From Octopus vulgaris (Eukaryota): 64,000 bases of DNA. The stretch is taken from NCBI GenBank assembly GCA_951406725.2, contig OX597833.1, positions 53,878,001-53,942,000 on the forward strand. Direction: 5' to 3'. The notes under the pieces are model-generated. The model saw only the letters and a program-made list of their open reading frames with translations. It searched no databases and was not told the origin of the DNA. The position numbers were made by a program, and so were the translations under genes. Of this stretch, positions 14,151 to 27,247 are shown one piece after another (position 1 is the stretch's first letter; each line of letters opens with the position of its first letter).

Positions 14151-14332
14151 GGCGTAACTTCGGTATAGGTACCGGAAGTACCGGATACATTTCAAGAAAG
14201 TGGGTTTTTTTTTATATATATATGGGGGATTAGGGTTAGGATTAGGGGTGGGAGAAAAAGGGTTTCTGTTATCTTCGGAAATGTAAACAAAGCCACTAGC
14301 GGTACTTACGGTACCTATACCGAAGGATCGCC
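14151..14332. mobile_element. MITE family T3 (Merlin-like, internal TTAGGGTTAGG)
   Basis: TIR GGCGTAACTTCGGTATAGGTACCG / CGGTACCTATACCGAAGGATCGCC; perfect 8-bp TSD TACTTTTA (14143-14150, 14333-14340). Confidence 0.9.
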
Positions 14333-14717
14333 TACTTTTATTGTACTCTATCTGTGTTTCTATTTTCAAAATGTCATGGCACGATATCAAGGCGAGCTAG
14401 TTGCTATTTCTAGCACATCGAGCGACTACATAGAGGCTCTCTGGTCAGTCGCGTGTAGGATATGTATTGCGCATGTATAACGTAACTATTCATATTGATA
14501 CGCACGTGTCTATGTGTAAGTTTACATGTGTGTGTGTGTATGCGTTACGCATTTTTGTGTATCATGATTACTTATGTAATTGTTGTGTAGGCGTACAATT
14601 TTTATACTTCATGTAGGTTGAGTGTGTTTGAGCAACGAGAGTGCCTGTGTGTGTGTGTACATTAATATGAAAATTGATGTGTAGACTGTATTCGATGCAA
14701 AAAATATTCCACACATA

Positions 14718-14768
<51 letters not shown>

Positions 14769-15099
14769 ACTTTTTAATACTTTTTGATAGTTATATATAT
14801 TTAAAAAAATAAAAAATAGAAAATAAAAATTTAAAAATTTAAAATTAAATAAATAAAAAATAATAATAATAATAATAAAAATTTTTAAATAATGAAAAAA
14901 ATATATATATAAAAATTTATAAGTATAAATTAATAATTTAAAATCTTTTTAAAAATTTTAACTTTAAATTCAAATAATTTAAATTGTGAATTTTATATTT
15001 TATATATTGTGTATATTATATTAATTAATTTTATTTCTATGTTTTGGTTTATGTTTTTCACTGTTTGATTTGCCTAATAGTGGTTTTATCTCTAATTTA

Positions 15100-15132
<33 letters not shown>

Positions 15133-16260
15133 ATCGTATGGTTAGGTCTGTCTCGGCTCTGATTAAATGGATCAAAGGTGATCTAGCCGCGACCACTTAC
15201 TTATTTTGTTCAATTATTGTGGAGCTAATGCAATATTTAATGTATAGTGTTAGACTTTGCAGGGTGGACTGGTGGAGTGAAACGGTAAGAAAAGGAATTT
15301 AGCTGCTATCTCTAGCAAATCAAATGACTCTGCCACCATGTTGGCACGTATGTGTGCGTGTGTGTATCCAGCTGATATGTTTGTTAAGTGAATTAACTGC
15401 TTGTCGCAGAAAGGGTTATATGGAGGGAGAGAAAGAGAGAGAGAGAGAGATGTCTGTAGGGGTTGTAAGCTATGATTTTTTTTTTTTCATTTGTTTATTC
15501 AGAAGGAAAGGGCTTGTTGCCCAGTGCCTTAACAAAACCCCACGAGACTGGTCCGTGTGATCAACGCAGTTAAATGTCCCTTCCTATCAGCATCAAGCTG
15601 ACGGTTACCGGATAAAAAGAGTGGAGCAGGGGAGGAAATTTCAGAGGTCGGGAGCGACGTTCTAGAAAACAAGGGACTGTGGCATAGTGATAAATGAAAG
15701 GAGTTAGAGGTGGGTGGAAAGACTAAGATAGGGGACGAATACACGCTTACGGTGACGAACAGAAAAGGCAGAGGCTGGAGTGTGTAGGTGACCGACATTT
15801 TTTTTTATACGATCTAGGACGTCTGCCTGTACGTTTAGCTGAAGCACCGTCCAGAGAGATAAGGGCGGGGGCATAAATAATTCCGTTATAAATTTCACTC
15901 GATTATTTGGGGCTACTAAGTGTGAAGGGGGGAACTTCGGTCTGCGACACGTTTTTACTGTCATATATTTATTTATTTATTTTGGTTTTTCTCGAGGAAC
16001 TCGCATTCGTTAAGAGAGAGATCCCTAGAGACACTTCTAACAAGTAGCATTTTTGTAGCGACCTAAAACGGTTTGGGTCGCAAGTTTAGAGGGTGTAGGG
16101 GGTACGATGCCCTTTTTCTTGATATGTGTAGTCGTGGTTGTTATTTTTGTACCTCCAAAGCAAACAAAATTGGTAAGGCGCTCCTACCCAACACCGGAAG
16201 ATTATTTTTCGGGGTCTCTCGCTTACGGGGTCAGTGCAAATTTGTCGCGATGTAACCTAC

Positions 16261-16429
16261 TCTTTTACTTCTTTACTTGTTTCAGTCATTTGACTGTGGC
16301 CATGCTGGAGCATCGCCTTTAGTCGAGCAAATCGACCCCAGGACTTATTCTTTGTAAGCCTAGTACTTATTCAACCAGCATCGGTTGTCAAGCGATGTTG
16401 GGGGGACAAATACAGACACACAAACATAT

Positions 16430-16480
<51 letters not shown>

Positions 16481-16645
16481 TACTTCGGGCTTCTTTCAGT
16501 TTCCATCTACCAAATCCACTCACAAGGCTTTGGTCGGCCCGAGGCTATAGTAGAAGACACTTGCCCAAGGTGCCACGCGGTGGGACTGAACCCGGAACCA
16601 TGTGGTTAGTAAGCAAGCTACTTACCACACAGTCACTCCTACGCC
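16261..16645 (-). mobile_element. SINE family A
   Basis: Head and tail intact, small internal deletion. Confidence 0.9.
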
Positions 16646-16734
16646 TTTTTGGCTATTTTTTCTTTTCCTTTTTACGCGTTCCAGCCCTAAGGCTCTGGCC
16701 ATGTTGGGGCACTGTCCGTGTCATCACATTTCAA

Positions 16735-16962
16735 TGGCCATTCTTTTGAGACTAGCTTTTTGGTAAAAGAGGGAGTTCGATTCGGTTGCCCTCTTTCGAG
16801 GTTCTTGCCGTGATGCAAGTTTATCAGGAACCTTGGACAGCAGGAGATCGAGTTGTTTCATGAAAACATCTACTACTCCATTCAGATCTCTCAGATGCTT
16901 TGGCAATATATTAAATAGCTGTGAGCCCTTGAATTTCGAGCTGTTTCGTCGGTTGTACAAAG
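16735..16962 (-). pseudogene. LINE ORF2 C-terminal remnant (CR1-like)
   Basis: Translation NSSKFKGSQLFNILPKHLRDLNGVVDVFMKQLDLLLSKVPDK resembles the FNxLP...FKxxLDxxL..VPD end of CR1-group RT proteins. Confidence 0.7.
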
Positions 16963-17587
16963 ATGACGCTTGCGTGTGGAAGGTTAGAGAAATGTTATAA
17001 TCTGCGCAGGAATTAGCAATGATGAAGATGGCGACAAACAGGTCGTTGATATATAGAAGGATATATCAGCAGAATTGCTAGTGTCGGTTAGAGGGAGCTC
17101 CACCTGCGATCGGGCCTTAAAGCGCTTCTATAAAAGGAGACCTATGCCACACAAACAGAATTGAGATTAGTGGAAGACAGGGCCCAAATGCATGCAACAA
17201 AGTGGACTGTAGCAAAAAACATCCATGGTGCCATATGGTGGTGCTAAACCAGGCGACGGATTAAATCTACTACCAAAGTAGACTAAGGTGGGATTTGAAC
17301 TCGGAACGTAAAGAACCGGAACAAATACAGAAAAAGGGCATCCTGTTTGTCAATCTACCGCTCTGGATTGATCTATTTTTATTTAGTTATCGATTCCACA
17401 AATAGAAAAAAGAAAAGAAATGCAATGCAAAGATAAATCTCGGTGGGATTTGAACTCAGAAAGCCGAATGTCAGAGAAAATAGCGCGTTCTACTGACCGC
17501 CAGTTCGCTTCTTAGAAATAGTTCAATTAGTCGTTAGCAAAGGATACAATCTTTCCATTTGGTATGGGTGGGTTTGCCTCCCAAAAT

Positions 17588-17988
17588 AATGGTTTCACGT
17601 TTTGGCACAAGGCCAGCAATATTAGGGGAAGGGATTAATCGAGTCGATAGCACCTATTCCAGTACTCAACAGGTATTCCAGTACTCAACCTTATCGACCC
17701 CGAAAGAATGAAAAACAAAGTTGACCTCAGCGGAACGTGAACTCAGGACGTAAAGAGCCGGTTAAAAAAAAAAAATACAGCCTTCACTGTCATCTAATAA
17801 TCCTTTCTAATATAAGCACAGGACCTGAAATTTGAGGGGAGGGGGTCAAGTCGATTATATTGACACCAGTGCTCAACTGCTACTTATTTTATCGACCTCC
17901 TCGAAAGGGCGAAAGACAAAGTCAGCTTCGGCGGAATCTGAACTTAGTATTTCGTCCGGCGTGTGAACGGTTCTACTAGCTCGCTGTC
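17588..17988 (-). mobile_element. Two decayed SINE family B copies
   Basis: TTATCGACCCCGAAAGAATGAAAAACAAAGTTGACCTC homology; local 19-bp duplication near 17655. Confidence 0.75.
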
Positions 17989-18327
17989 TTTGTTATTATC
18001 CAATTAACAGAAGCAATATTTATACAGACTTTGTTATATATATAAATTACTGCCTTTATTTAAATAATCAACATTTTAGACACGCGTTTAATATTTAAGC
18101 TTGTACGGGGTTGTCTTCATAAATTACACAAAAAGGTTCATTTGCATTGGAATGCAGTTTGATTTGCACCTTGAGAATATACCTTCATCTTTTCTCTCAT
18201 TCTACGTACATTACAAGTATAAACAGTATTTTTTATTTACTATTGTAACCTGCTGCGTCACCGAGCTTCAAACGATTCTTCACACGTTTACTAGGAGGAA
18301 CAACTTCATATGCACGTGTATACACAC

Positions 18328-18377
<50 letters not shown>

Positions 18378-18578
18378 GTTAATCCAAACATGAAAGCACA
18401 AAAAAAAACACAACAACGCGAGGACGTGGAGCAAATATAGTATTATTGGACGCTCAGGAAAGAAGGAAGGTTTAACGTTTCGAGCGGAGCTCTTCGTCGG
18501 AAACATAGGAGAAGGAAAGATCCAGAGAAGGGAAGACAGAGGGGAAAAAATCGCCAACGGTACACACGCGGTCACATG
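18378..18578 (-). mobile_element. Penelope-like terminal-repeat fragment between (TA)n and (GA)n, with a hammerhead-like motif
   Basis: Minus strand CCGACGAAGAGCTCCGCTCGAAACGTT...GAGCGTC; shares GTATTA..CGCTCAGGAA..TTTAACGTTTCGAGC with 11278-11488. Confidence 0.6.
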
Positions 18579-18580
18579 TT

Positions 18581-18611
<31 letters not shown>

Positions 18612-18880
18612 TTTATAAATATATATGTATACACACATACATGAAAACAAATATAATATAATGTATGTATGTAGTAAAATTGTAGGGATCTTTTGAACGA
18701 CAACTGACGAGGAATGAGCAACGTCTCGTCTTATGCGTGAATTTCCCGTTCGTTCCTTTGTTGTATTTCTGTTTAAATTTTGGAACTTGCGAAGATATTA
18801 CCTCTGTTTACCAATTCTAGGAATAGAGAGGACAGACGCCTTTTGGGATGTGGGTCTTTCGCAGACTTGGCAGAATAAAC

Positions 18881-19125
18881 TGGCTTAGTGGTTAGAGTGT
18901 CAGCATCATGATCGTAAGATTGTGGTTTCGATTCCTGGACCGGGCGACGCGTTGTGTTCTTGAGCAAAACACTTCATTTTCACGTTGCTCCAGTCCACTC
19001 AGCTAGCAAAAATGAGTAACGCTGCGATGGACTGGCGCCCCGTCCAGCTGGGGAACACATACGCCATAGAAACCGGGAAACCGGACCCATGAGCCTGGCT
19101 AGGCTTTAAAAGGGCGCATTTATTT
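18881..19125 (+). mobile_element. SINE family C variant: tRNA head, CORE-like segment, V-domain-like segment (CTGCGATGGACTGGCG..GTCCAG)
   Basis: A box TGGCTTAGTGG, B box GTTTCGATTCC; copy at 2878-3068. Confidence 0.82.
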
Positions 19126-20137
19126 AACCCTTGTGGGTAGTAAAAAAAATAGGTACATGGCTGATGATGATTGTATAGCTTTTATGGCCGAGGCAATGCT
19201 GGAGCACCGCCTTTGGGGTCGCTGGTACTATTTATAAAAATAAATCCATACTGATCGCAAAGACAATGGACTTGAAGAAACTGTAGATACCAGACTACGT
19301 GCCTTGCAACGTTTAGTTTCAATCCACTATATTTTGAGTTCAATTCCTGTCGAAGTTCACTCTACCAATCAGGGTCGATGACACAACCCCCTTTAAATTT
19401 TTCCTTGGCACCCACATGTCCCGTAAGGTCACGGATTTGCATGAATCGTGTTAATCTATGTGAATAGAGTGTGATGATGCTACAATGGTCTAATTAAAAG
19501 TGCCTCGGTAATCGCTAAAGCACAGAACCACCACCGGCTTGATGGGTTTATGTCAAACTACAATTTTTACACTTTATAATTGGCTAATTATCATAGCTGG
19601 CCTTAATAACAGCTTCTAGTAAAAAAACGTACACAGATCAAAAGACTTTCTTTCGGTACTTTTGATAATAATGATTTAATGAAATGTGCGCTTGGTTTTT
19701 GTGTGCAAGTATGTACGATGGTGTTATGTATTTGTATTATTGTACAAAAACAGAAACTGCAAAGTAAATTAAATAACACTCGACGTCCATTGGGAATCAC
19801 TTTATATACGCCCGATGTTGTCACCACCAGGAGTCGGTTTGTGTATTTGTCTGTATCTCTCTCTCTTTCTCTCTCTCTCTCTCTGCCCTTTACAGTTTTT
19901 TTAAAACAAGATAAATATTTCTGTCCCCTCCACCGATCTGCTTTTTAAATTTTATATTGTTGAAATGTAAGTTTACGAACGTCATCAGTGACGTCGAAGT
20001 GTATTTGTTGTTCTCTTGCTCATAATTTCTATGCACTGGCATAGGGCCACACATACACACACACACGTATGTATATATGTATGTATGTATATCAAGAGGT
20101 GGTGGAAGTTGATTGAATTATCCCAATAACAGAGCAG

Positions 20138-20792
20138 AATAATGGTTTCAAATTTTGGTATAAGGCCAACAGTTTTTAATGGGAGAAGGAGGCCGATTTT
20201 CATCGACTCCAGTGCTCAACTGCTTACTTATTTTATCGACCCCTGAAAGGACGAAAAGGCAAAGTGGACCTCGGCGAAATGTGAACTCAGAACGTAAAGA
20301 GCATAAAAAAAAACGTCTCTAAGCATTTTGTCTGATGCGCTAACGATTCTGTCAGCCGGACGAAATGCTTAGCGGTACTTTGTCTGTCTTTACGTTCTGA
20401 GTTCAAAATCCGCCGGGGTCGACTTTGCCTTTCATCCTCTCGGGGTCAGTAAATTACCAATAAGTACCAGTTGCGTACTGGGGTCGATCTAATCGACTGG
20501 CCTCACACCTCAAAAATTTCGAGCATTGTGCCTAGAGTAGAAAAAATACATGACGGAATAATAATCCTTTCTACTATAGGCACAAGGGGCTTGAAATTTG
20601 GGGGGAAGGAGCAAGTCGATTACACCGACCCCCAGTACTTGACTGGTACTTATTTTACTTATTTTATCGACCCCGAAAATACGAAAGGCAAAGTGAACCA
20701 CGGCGAAATTTGAACTCGGAACGTAACGACGGACGAAATGCCGCTAAGCATTTGCACCCGGCGTTGCTAACGATTCCGCCAGCTCGCCGCCT
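20138..20792. mobile_element. Cluster of three SINE family B copies (-, +, -)
   Basis: The GGCAAAGTCGACC core occurs in alternating orientations. Confidence 0.85.
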
Positions 20793-20858
20793 TGCTTTTG
20801 ACGTAATAACATAATAATAATAATAATAATAATGAGTTCTGTATATGTGCAAATTCAG

Positions 20859-20901
<43 letters not shown>

Positions 20902-21907
20902 TGATAATGGGATATGCTGATGTGTAAAAGCAGAAAATGTGCAGCACTTGAGCTGCAGTCAACTTGATAAACAAAGACTTGGTAATGTTCCACAAATCGT
21001 AGATACCTACATAGTGAAAAGCCTTATCACTTGTTTTTCACTCTGTCTATAATATTACTTTTTACATATGGTTGTCATTTAAAACATTACACGCAACAGC
21101 AGTCAAATACCGGCCCACTCTACCATACAATTACTATTATTATTATTGGCATTGCGTGTTGATACTTCTTCTTCTTTTCCGATTCCTACTCAAAACTATT
21201 TACAGATCACAACCATCTCGCGAACCTGCGGTCGTAAGGAGGGAATCGTCCTCCAATGGTTGTGTAAAAATATTACGTTTAACAAACAAGAATGGTTCAA
21301 GAGTTGTATATTTCAAGAGTGAAATTTTTATATGGATATGAAATTATGAATTTGTAAAAAAATTCACATTGCTGTTATTGTTGTTCGACTCCTTTAAATC
21401 AACACAGACTGAACAGAGTTATAAACAAAGACAATACACCCACGACTACCCCTATTCATTTAGAGGCTTGTAGGACGACATTATTCATCGGGGCCCTTTC
21501 ATTTACAAAGACGGTAAAGTTCGAAATTTGGCTGCTATTTTTAGCAATCTGAGCGACTAATGTAGAAGTTCCCTTCTCACAGAGTCAAATAAGGAGTGGC
21601 GCCTAAGGAAATGTACAATTCTCGAGAGAGAGGGCATGTATTTGATTTTAACTGTTGTGTGGGGATGGGTGGGGGTGTATGTGTGGAGGGGGGAATAGGA
21701 TGCTGCAAGTTAGCTTCTGTGCTTAATTGAGTAATCCTGCTTCCTTTGAGACAACTGACCCCTCTCACTTAAAATACTTCTTTTTTTTTTTACATTTCAG
21801 TGTCTAGGAATCAGTGAGAGAATCTGGAAGGAACAGAATTTATTACTAACAATGTAGCTCTATAAAATACCGAGACCCAGTTCCAGTAAAATGACAGTAA
21901 TAAATAT

Positions 21908-22100
21908 ATGTTTCTTTATTCCCTACAAGGGGCTAAACATAGAGGGGACAAACAAGGACAGACAAACGAATTAAGTCGATTACATCGACCCCAGTGCGTA
22001 ACCAGTACTTAATTTATCGACCTCGAAAAGATGAAAGGCAAAGTCGACCTCGGCGGAATTTGAACCCAGACTGTAACGGCAGACGAAATACGGCTACGCA
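21908..22100 (-). mobile_element. SINE family B, 5' truncated
   Basis: High identity to 33000-33230. Confidence 0.88.
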
Positions 22101-22964
22101 TATATCATGTACATTGTTTAGTCTTGGCATGAAAGATGGGCTACAGCAAATATTCTGCTCAATACCACAGATTTGCTTGTCAGTTGTTTGGCCTTAACCA
22201 GTAGAGCATGTCCCTTAGTAGCTGGCGATATGTTGCATCTCTGATCACGAGCAGAAGTAGTGGGGCAGCATCATAACCATGTGTTGAGAGGAATTCTTTA
22301 GGGTTTGGATAATTCACCTCTGGAAACAAGGGTGCTTCATTCAAAATCTTTAAACAACCCTTCTTCAGGTACTCAGACCATAGAGCTGGAAGGAATGCTA
22401 CTAAGCATTTTGTTCGACGCACTAATGATTCTGCTAACTGATTTTATCGAATCCCTCCGCCAGTACTTGATTGGTATTTAAAGTCACCGGCATTTATTCG
22501 CTGTGTATCCTACACTGGACTGCAGCATCCAAACGTGTCCTTCCATTTTTATCTTTGAAACGTGAAAAATTTAGTTGCTATTTCTAGCAAATCGAGCGAC
22601 TGCGTAGTTAGCTTCCTCGTTGGCCGTGTCCTATTTCTACCACCATTCCCACCCCCAACATCAACATTAAATTTCTTTTTCTTTCTCGTAGGAGTAAAGT
22701 GGGAGTCGGTAGATAGATAAATATATGTACACATATATTTGCGACGACCACCGATGGAGCTGAGCAGTTTAAAACTTTTCACTCGTCGTTTAGCTCGCCT
22801 TCATATATATATATACTGCAATTTAAAACAGTCATTTTGCATTCAGCAGATGAGGTTCCGGAATTTACGTAAGATCTCTCTTCACCCACCACCCACTCTC
22901 TTCCCCGCCCCCCTCTCTTTCTCTCTCTCTCTCTCGTATTAAGGTCAGCGTAGCCTAACCGTAC

Positions 22965-23099
22965 CAAAGAACGGTTATGAAGCAGCAGCCTGAATTCTTG
23001 CCAGCTGACAACTGAAGAATCAGCCAGGCTAACTAACGCACAGCACACAATAAGATGAAAAGCTAGCCAATTGTTAAAATACTCTCTAAACAATTCCAT
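22965..23099 (-). CDS. Candidate first coding exon of a secreted or membrane protein (signal peptide)
   Basis: ATG-initiated MELFREYFNNWLAFHLIVCCALVSLADSSVVSWQEFRLLLHNRSL in unique sequence; hydrophobic core plus SLA-DS cleavage-like site; possible acceptor AG at 23114-23113 and donor GTACGG at 22964; no homology recognised. Confidence 0.35.
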
Positions 23100-24010
23100 G
23101 TCTCAGGACTACCTACGCACACACACATATATATATATACATACACACACTCTATACAGTGACCCCTCTACACACAACTACGGCTGGTAACAGAGTCGTG
23201 AGACCAATAGGTCCACACACACACACACTTTTTTTTCATATACTATTATATCAAATACACGTATATACACTTATCCACAAATGTATATAAAACATAGACG
23301 CATGCGAAATGTATCGCGCAGCATACATTTCAGAGAGAGTCGATTCAATATGCTGTACTCTTCCTCTACGAAATTGGCCTCGTGCCTAAACAAACGTGCG
23401 TATGTGTGTGAATGAGAGGGAGAGAGAGAGAGAGAGAAAAACAGAGATACTGTATGTGTGTGTGTGTGTGCAAATGCGAGTGCGCGTTTATAACGAGGGA
23501 AGGAGAAGGCGAATAAGTAATGCCAGCAGTTATTTTCAATTAAGACGAGAGCACGACATGAGAGCACGAAAGCAAACTTAAGCAAACGACTATGTCCGAT
23601 CTAAATGTCACCAAATATCCACTTAGTACGTGATTACTTCACCGAGGATCGACTTTGCTTCGCGGGTGAGGCGTGTGGAGAGGGGAGGCAGGGTATTTGG
23701 TAGATAAGTCAGTCATACACTATCTATTTATTCGCTATTCACACAGCGACGCTCCCTAGTTTGAAATCTGTAGACTGCTTTTTTAAATTGCAGTGCATGA
23801 AGGCAAGCCTGGCGACGAGTGAAAAGTTTTAAATTTTCAAAGAAGCTTTAAAAAAAAATTAAAATCAGCTTTGATCTATCTGATCTATTTTTTAGGTGTA
23901 CTACTTTCACGGTAGTCTTCATGGCTGAGCGATATACACCATAAATAAATAAAAAATGAAGATCAGCTGAAGATTTCGAGTTCAATCTCCACTAAAGGTG
24001 GTATTAAGAA

Positions 24011-24235
24011 AGCTGGCAGAAACGTTAGAGCGCCGGGCGAAATGCTTCACACTATTTCGTCTGTCGTTACGTTCTGAGTTCAAATTCTGCCGAGGTCGAC
24101 TTTGCCTTTCATCCTTTCGGGGGTCGATAAATAAAGTACCAGTTTCGCACTGGGGTCGATGTAATCTACTTAATCCCTTTGTCTGTCCTTGTTTGTCCCC
24201 TCTGTGTTTAGCCCCTTGTGGGTAGTAAAGAAATA
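24011..24235 (+). mobile_element. SINE family B (long tRNA-like head, Meta/MESC-like core GCCTTTCATCCTTTCGGGGTCGATAAA)
   Basis: 11-bp TSD GGTATTAAGAA at 24000-24010 and 24236-24246. Confidence 0.9.
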
Positions 24236-25124
24236 GGTATTAAGAAGAAAAAAAACGGTAGGACAACTAAGAGTCATCGTGACCCAGGTGGATCTGGTTC
24301 CCAGGAACTCACGGGCCGAAACACTTTCTTGATGGGAGTTCTTCTGAAGGTTTCTCCTGTTGTTCCCGGAGCAAAGTGTACGACAGCCATATTGAAACAC
24401 CGCCATCAAGAGCCCCCCCCCCCCTTTTTTTTTTACTCGCTCGTATCAACACCAGTCTGGTACTCAGTTTATCGAAATCGAACTGCTAGATTAGAGAACG
24501 GAAAGAGACAGCATAAACAACACCGGTTCGGATCCAGTATAAAGAACACGAACACGGAAACACTTGTATATGCACGCACGGCGGGTTTCTCCAAAGCTTC
24601 CGCTTGTCAAATTCCAATCATAAGCGTTTGATTAACCGGAGGCTGTGGTGGATCCAAGTAGGATCGAATCCAGAATAAAATTCTTTACACAGCTAACTCG
24701 GAAATCTTTAACCCTAAACACGTAGTACAAATATCTGCAAGTATTCCATGACGATGATCAGGTGTGGGGTAAATCAATTAACTGTACAATGAACAAAAGT
24801 CCATCGCAGAGGGATCCGACGATTAGCATGATTCTGCCAATATTTCATTTGTTTACAGATGACAACACGTACTGTCCCACACAAAATGACAACTTCCAAA
24901 TCCTGTTTTCTGACTGGCTAAAAATGATCAAACTTTAAAACTCTATAATTTTGTTTAGAAAGATTTTACTGGAAAAAGTGAAACATCTCCTGAGATTCAG
25001 CGTGGAAAATTACATCAATACACCAAATTTGGAAATTTTCCAATAAACTCTGAAATTTCCACAGGTGCGGCCAAACAGGAAAGACCCATAGGACTGAAGT
25101 TATGAAGAAGAAATTTTTTTAAAT

Positions 25125-25445
25125 GGTTCAGTCCCACTGTGCAGTACCTTGGGCAAGGGTCTTCTAGTATTGGCTAGGGCCGATCATGTACGTGAATATG
25201 GTAATCGGAAATTGTGTGGAAGCTCGTCGAGTGTGCGAGTGTGTCCGTGTCCCATTACACCGCTTGATAACCGGTGGTGATCTGTTTACATCTCCGTAAC
25301 TTAGTGACAAGACAAAAGACAACGATAGAACAAGTATCCGGCTTTAAAATAAGTACTGGGATGGGGGGGGGTCAATTTATTCGTCCGAAAAGTATTTCAA
25401 GCCGGTGCCATAGCATGGCCGTAGCCAAATGACAGAACCAAATAA
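25125..25445 (+). mobile_element. SINE family A, old degenerate copy
   Basis: GGTTCAGTCCCACTG..CCTTGGGCAAG..AGCATGGCCGTAG colinear with consensus. Confidence 0.75.
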
Positions 25446-26203
25446 AAAAAGAATAAAGATGCCGAAACGCTAAACCGATAGATAATCTGTGCAATGGACT
25501 TACTGAATGAGCTGAGAAGGTAGTTGAGAGCCATTATTGTCTCAGCTATTTCACTCCTGTTTTCAGATCGATAGCCGAGGGAAATATAAGTTGTGTAAAT
25601 GGTTCTGTCGTTTTCAACAAAGAGAACGACCTTACCGCCTATAAAGTGCAACCGAAAGTGGGTCATGAATTTGGCCCGGCCCAGCCCACATGAAGCCCTA
25701 CCTCTACTCTACAGCACTCAATAAAAATTGGCTGTTATTTATTTTATTTATTTATCTAATTAATTAATTAATTTTTTACCAGAGCTGAATCTGTATTTTT
25801 TTTCACACACACAAATGTGGAACCTTGCAGCAGGCTTCGTTTCAGACGACAGGAAAGGCAACTTCCATCTATTTTAAAGAGAACATCGTGTATTTAATTT
25901 TTTTTTCTTTTCTTTTTGTTGTTGTTGTTGTTTTAATTTCCTGTGGGATTTTTCTGCTATAGAAACTGAACGACTTTCAAGGACGTGTGCTTAGGGAATT
26001 CGTTATGTATTTCGCTAGCCTTACTCTTTCAGCCGATCTCTCCACTGCTACACGTTCCAACACTCACACTGCCTACGCTTTTTAGCTGTTCCCGACGTCT
26101 AGAACGCACCGGTCCGTGTATGAGTATGACGAGCCAACTAGACAAGCGCCGTTGCGGTGTGCTCAACCTGCTAGAAAGAGCAACCAAATCTTATCTCACA
26201 AAA

Positions 26204-26590
26204 TCTCTCTCTATATAAACGGCAGTTTGTCTGTGCGTGTTTCTGTGTGTCTGTTTGCTTGTACCTTCACCCTGACCACGGCTTTCAACCGATTCTGATG
26301 AAACTTGACACACACATAGCCCAATGTCATAATTCAAAACTAACGCAGCGAAAATTTTGAAAAGTTCCCCCAGTTCTGAAAAAAATCGATAAATTCGACA
26401 TGGGGTCGAGAATCAGAAACCCAAACCACAGACCGTCTAGGGGACGCAACTCCACCTTTTTTAACTCTCAAAAAAAAAATTTACCATAATTTTTTCCCCA
26501 TTTTTTTGCTATTTTTTGGCTATAACTCTCTAAAAATGCTTTATAGTTATTTCCCTTACAAACCTGAGCAACGCCGGGCGATACTGCTAG
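26204..26590 (+). mobile_element. Non-autonomous Helitron
   Basis: 5' TC, 3' CTAG, inserted between A and T, no TSD, subterminal GCAACGCCGGGC motif; near-identical copy at 32058-32420. Confidence 0.88.
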
Positions 26591-26849
26591 TCTCTCTATA
26601 CAATCAGATCAGATTCATTGTCTTTTAAAAGAGGATTCATTAGTTAGATAATGCAGTTCGAGTTACCACTTAAAGGAGACGGGATAGTCACAGCTGGAAT
26701 GTCAATATTTTATCAGTGTATAGACATAAATAAACAACTACTATGATTCTTAATGCCTTTGGGTTTCATCTAAAGCAGGGGTTACTAGCCGGGGTCCACG
26801 AGTAAAAAATTGTAATTTATGGGTCCATGTATAAATTTTATATTTAGCA

Positions 26850-27247
26850 AGCTGGGCGAAATGCGCAGCCGTATTTCGTCTGCCGTTACGTTCTGAGTTA
26901 AAATTCCGCCGAGGTCGACTTTGCCTTTCATCCTTTCGGAGTCGATTAAATAAGTACCAGTTACGCATTGGGTCGATATAATCGACTTAATCCGTTTGTC
27001 TGTCCTTGTTTGTCCCCTCTGTGTGTAGTCCCTTGTAGGCAATAAAGAAATAAGAAACGTTAGCACGCCGGACGAAATGCTAAGCAGTACTTTGTCTTTA
27101 CGTTCTGAGTTCAAAATCCGCCGGGGTCGACTTTGCCTTTCATCCTCTCGGGGTCGATAAATTAAGTACCAGTTGCGTACTGGGATCGATCTAATCGACT
27201 GGCCCCACACCGCAAAAATTTCGAGCATTGCGCCTAGAGTAGAAAAG
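26850..27247 (+). mobile_element. Two head-to-tail SINE family B copies with different tails
   Basis: Core repeated; first tail AAAGAAATA joins directly to AGAAACGTTAGCACG of the second copy. Confidence 0.88.

Noticed and set aside
14228-14248. Interstitial telomere or chromosome fusion site
   Set aside because: Only 2-3 units, and they lie inside TIR-bounded MITEs.
18686-18712. GGATCTTTTGAACG (T1-like end) and CTGACGAG (hammerhead-like)
   Set aside because: No matching second TIR or TSD, and no suitably placed GAAA.
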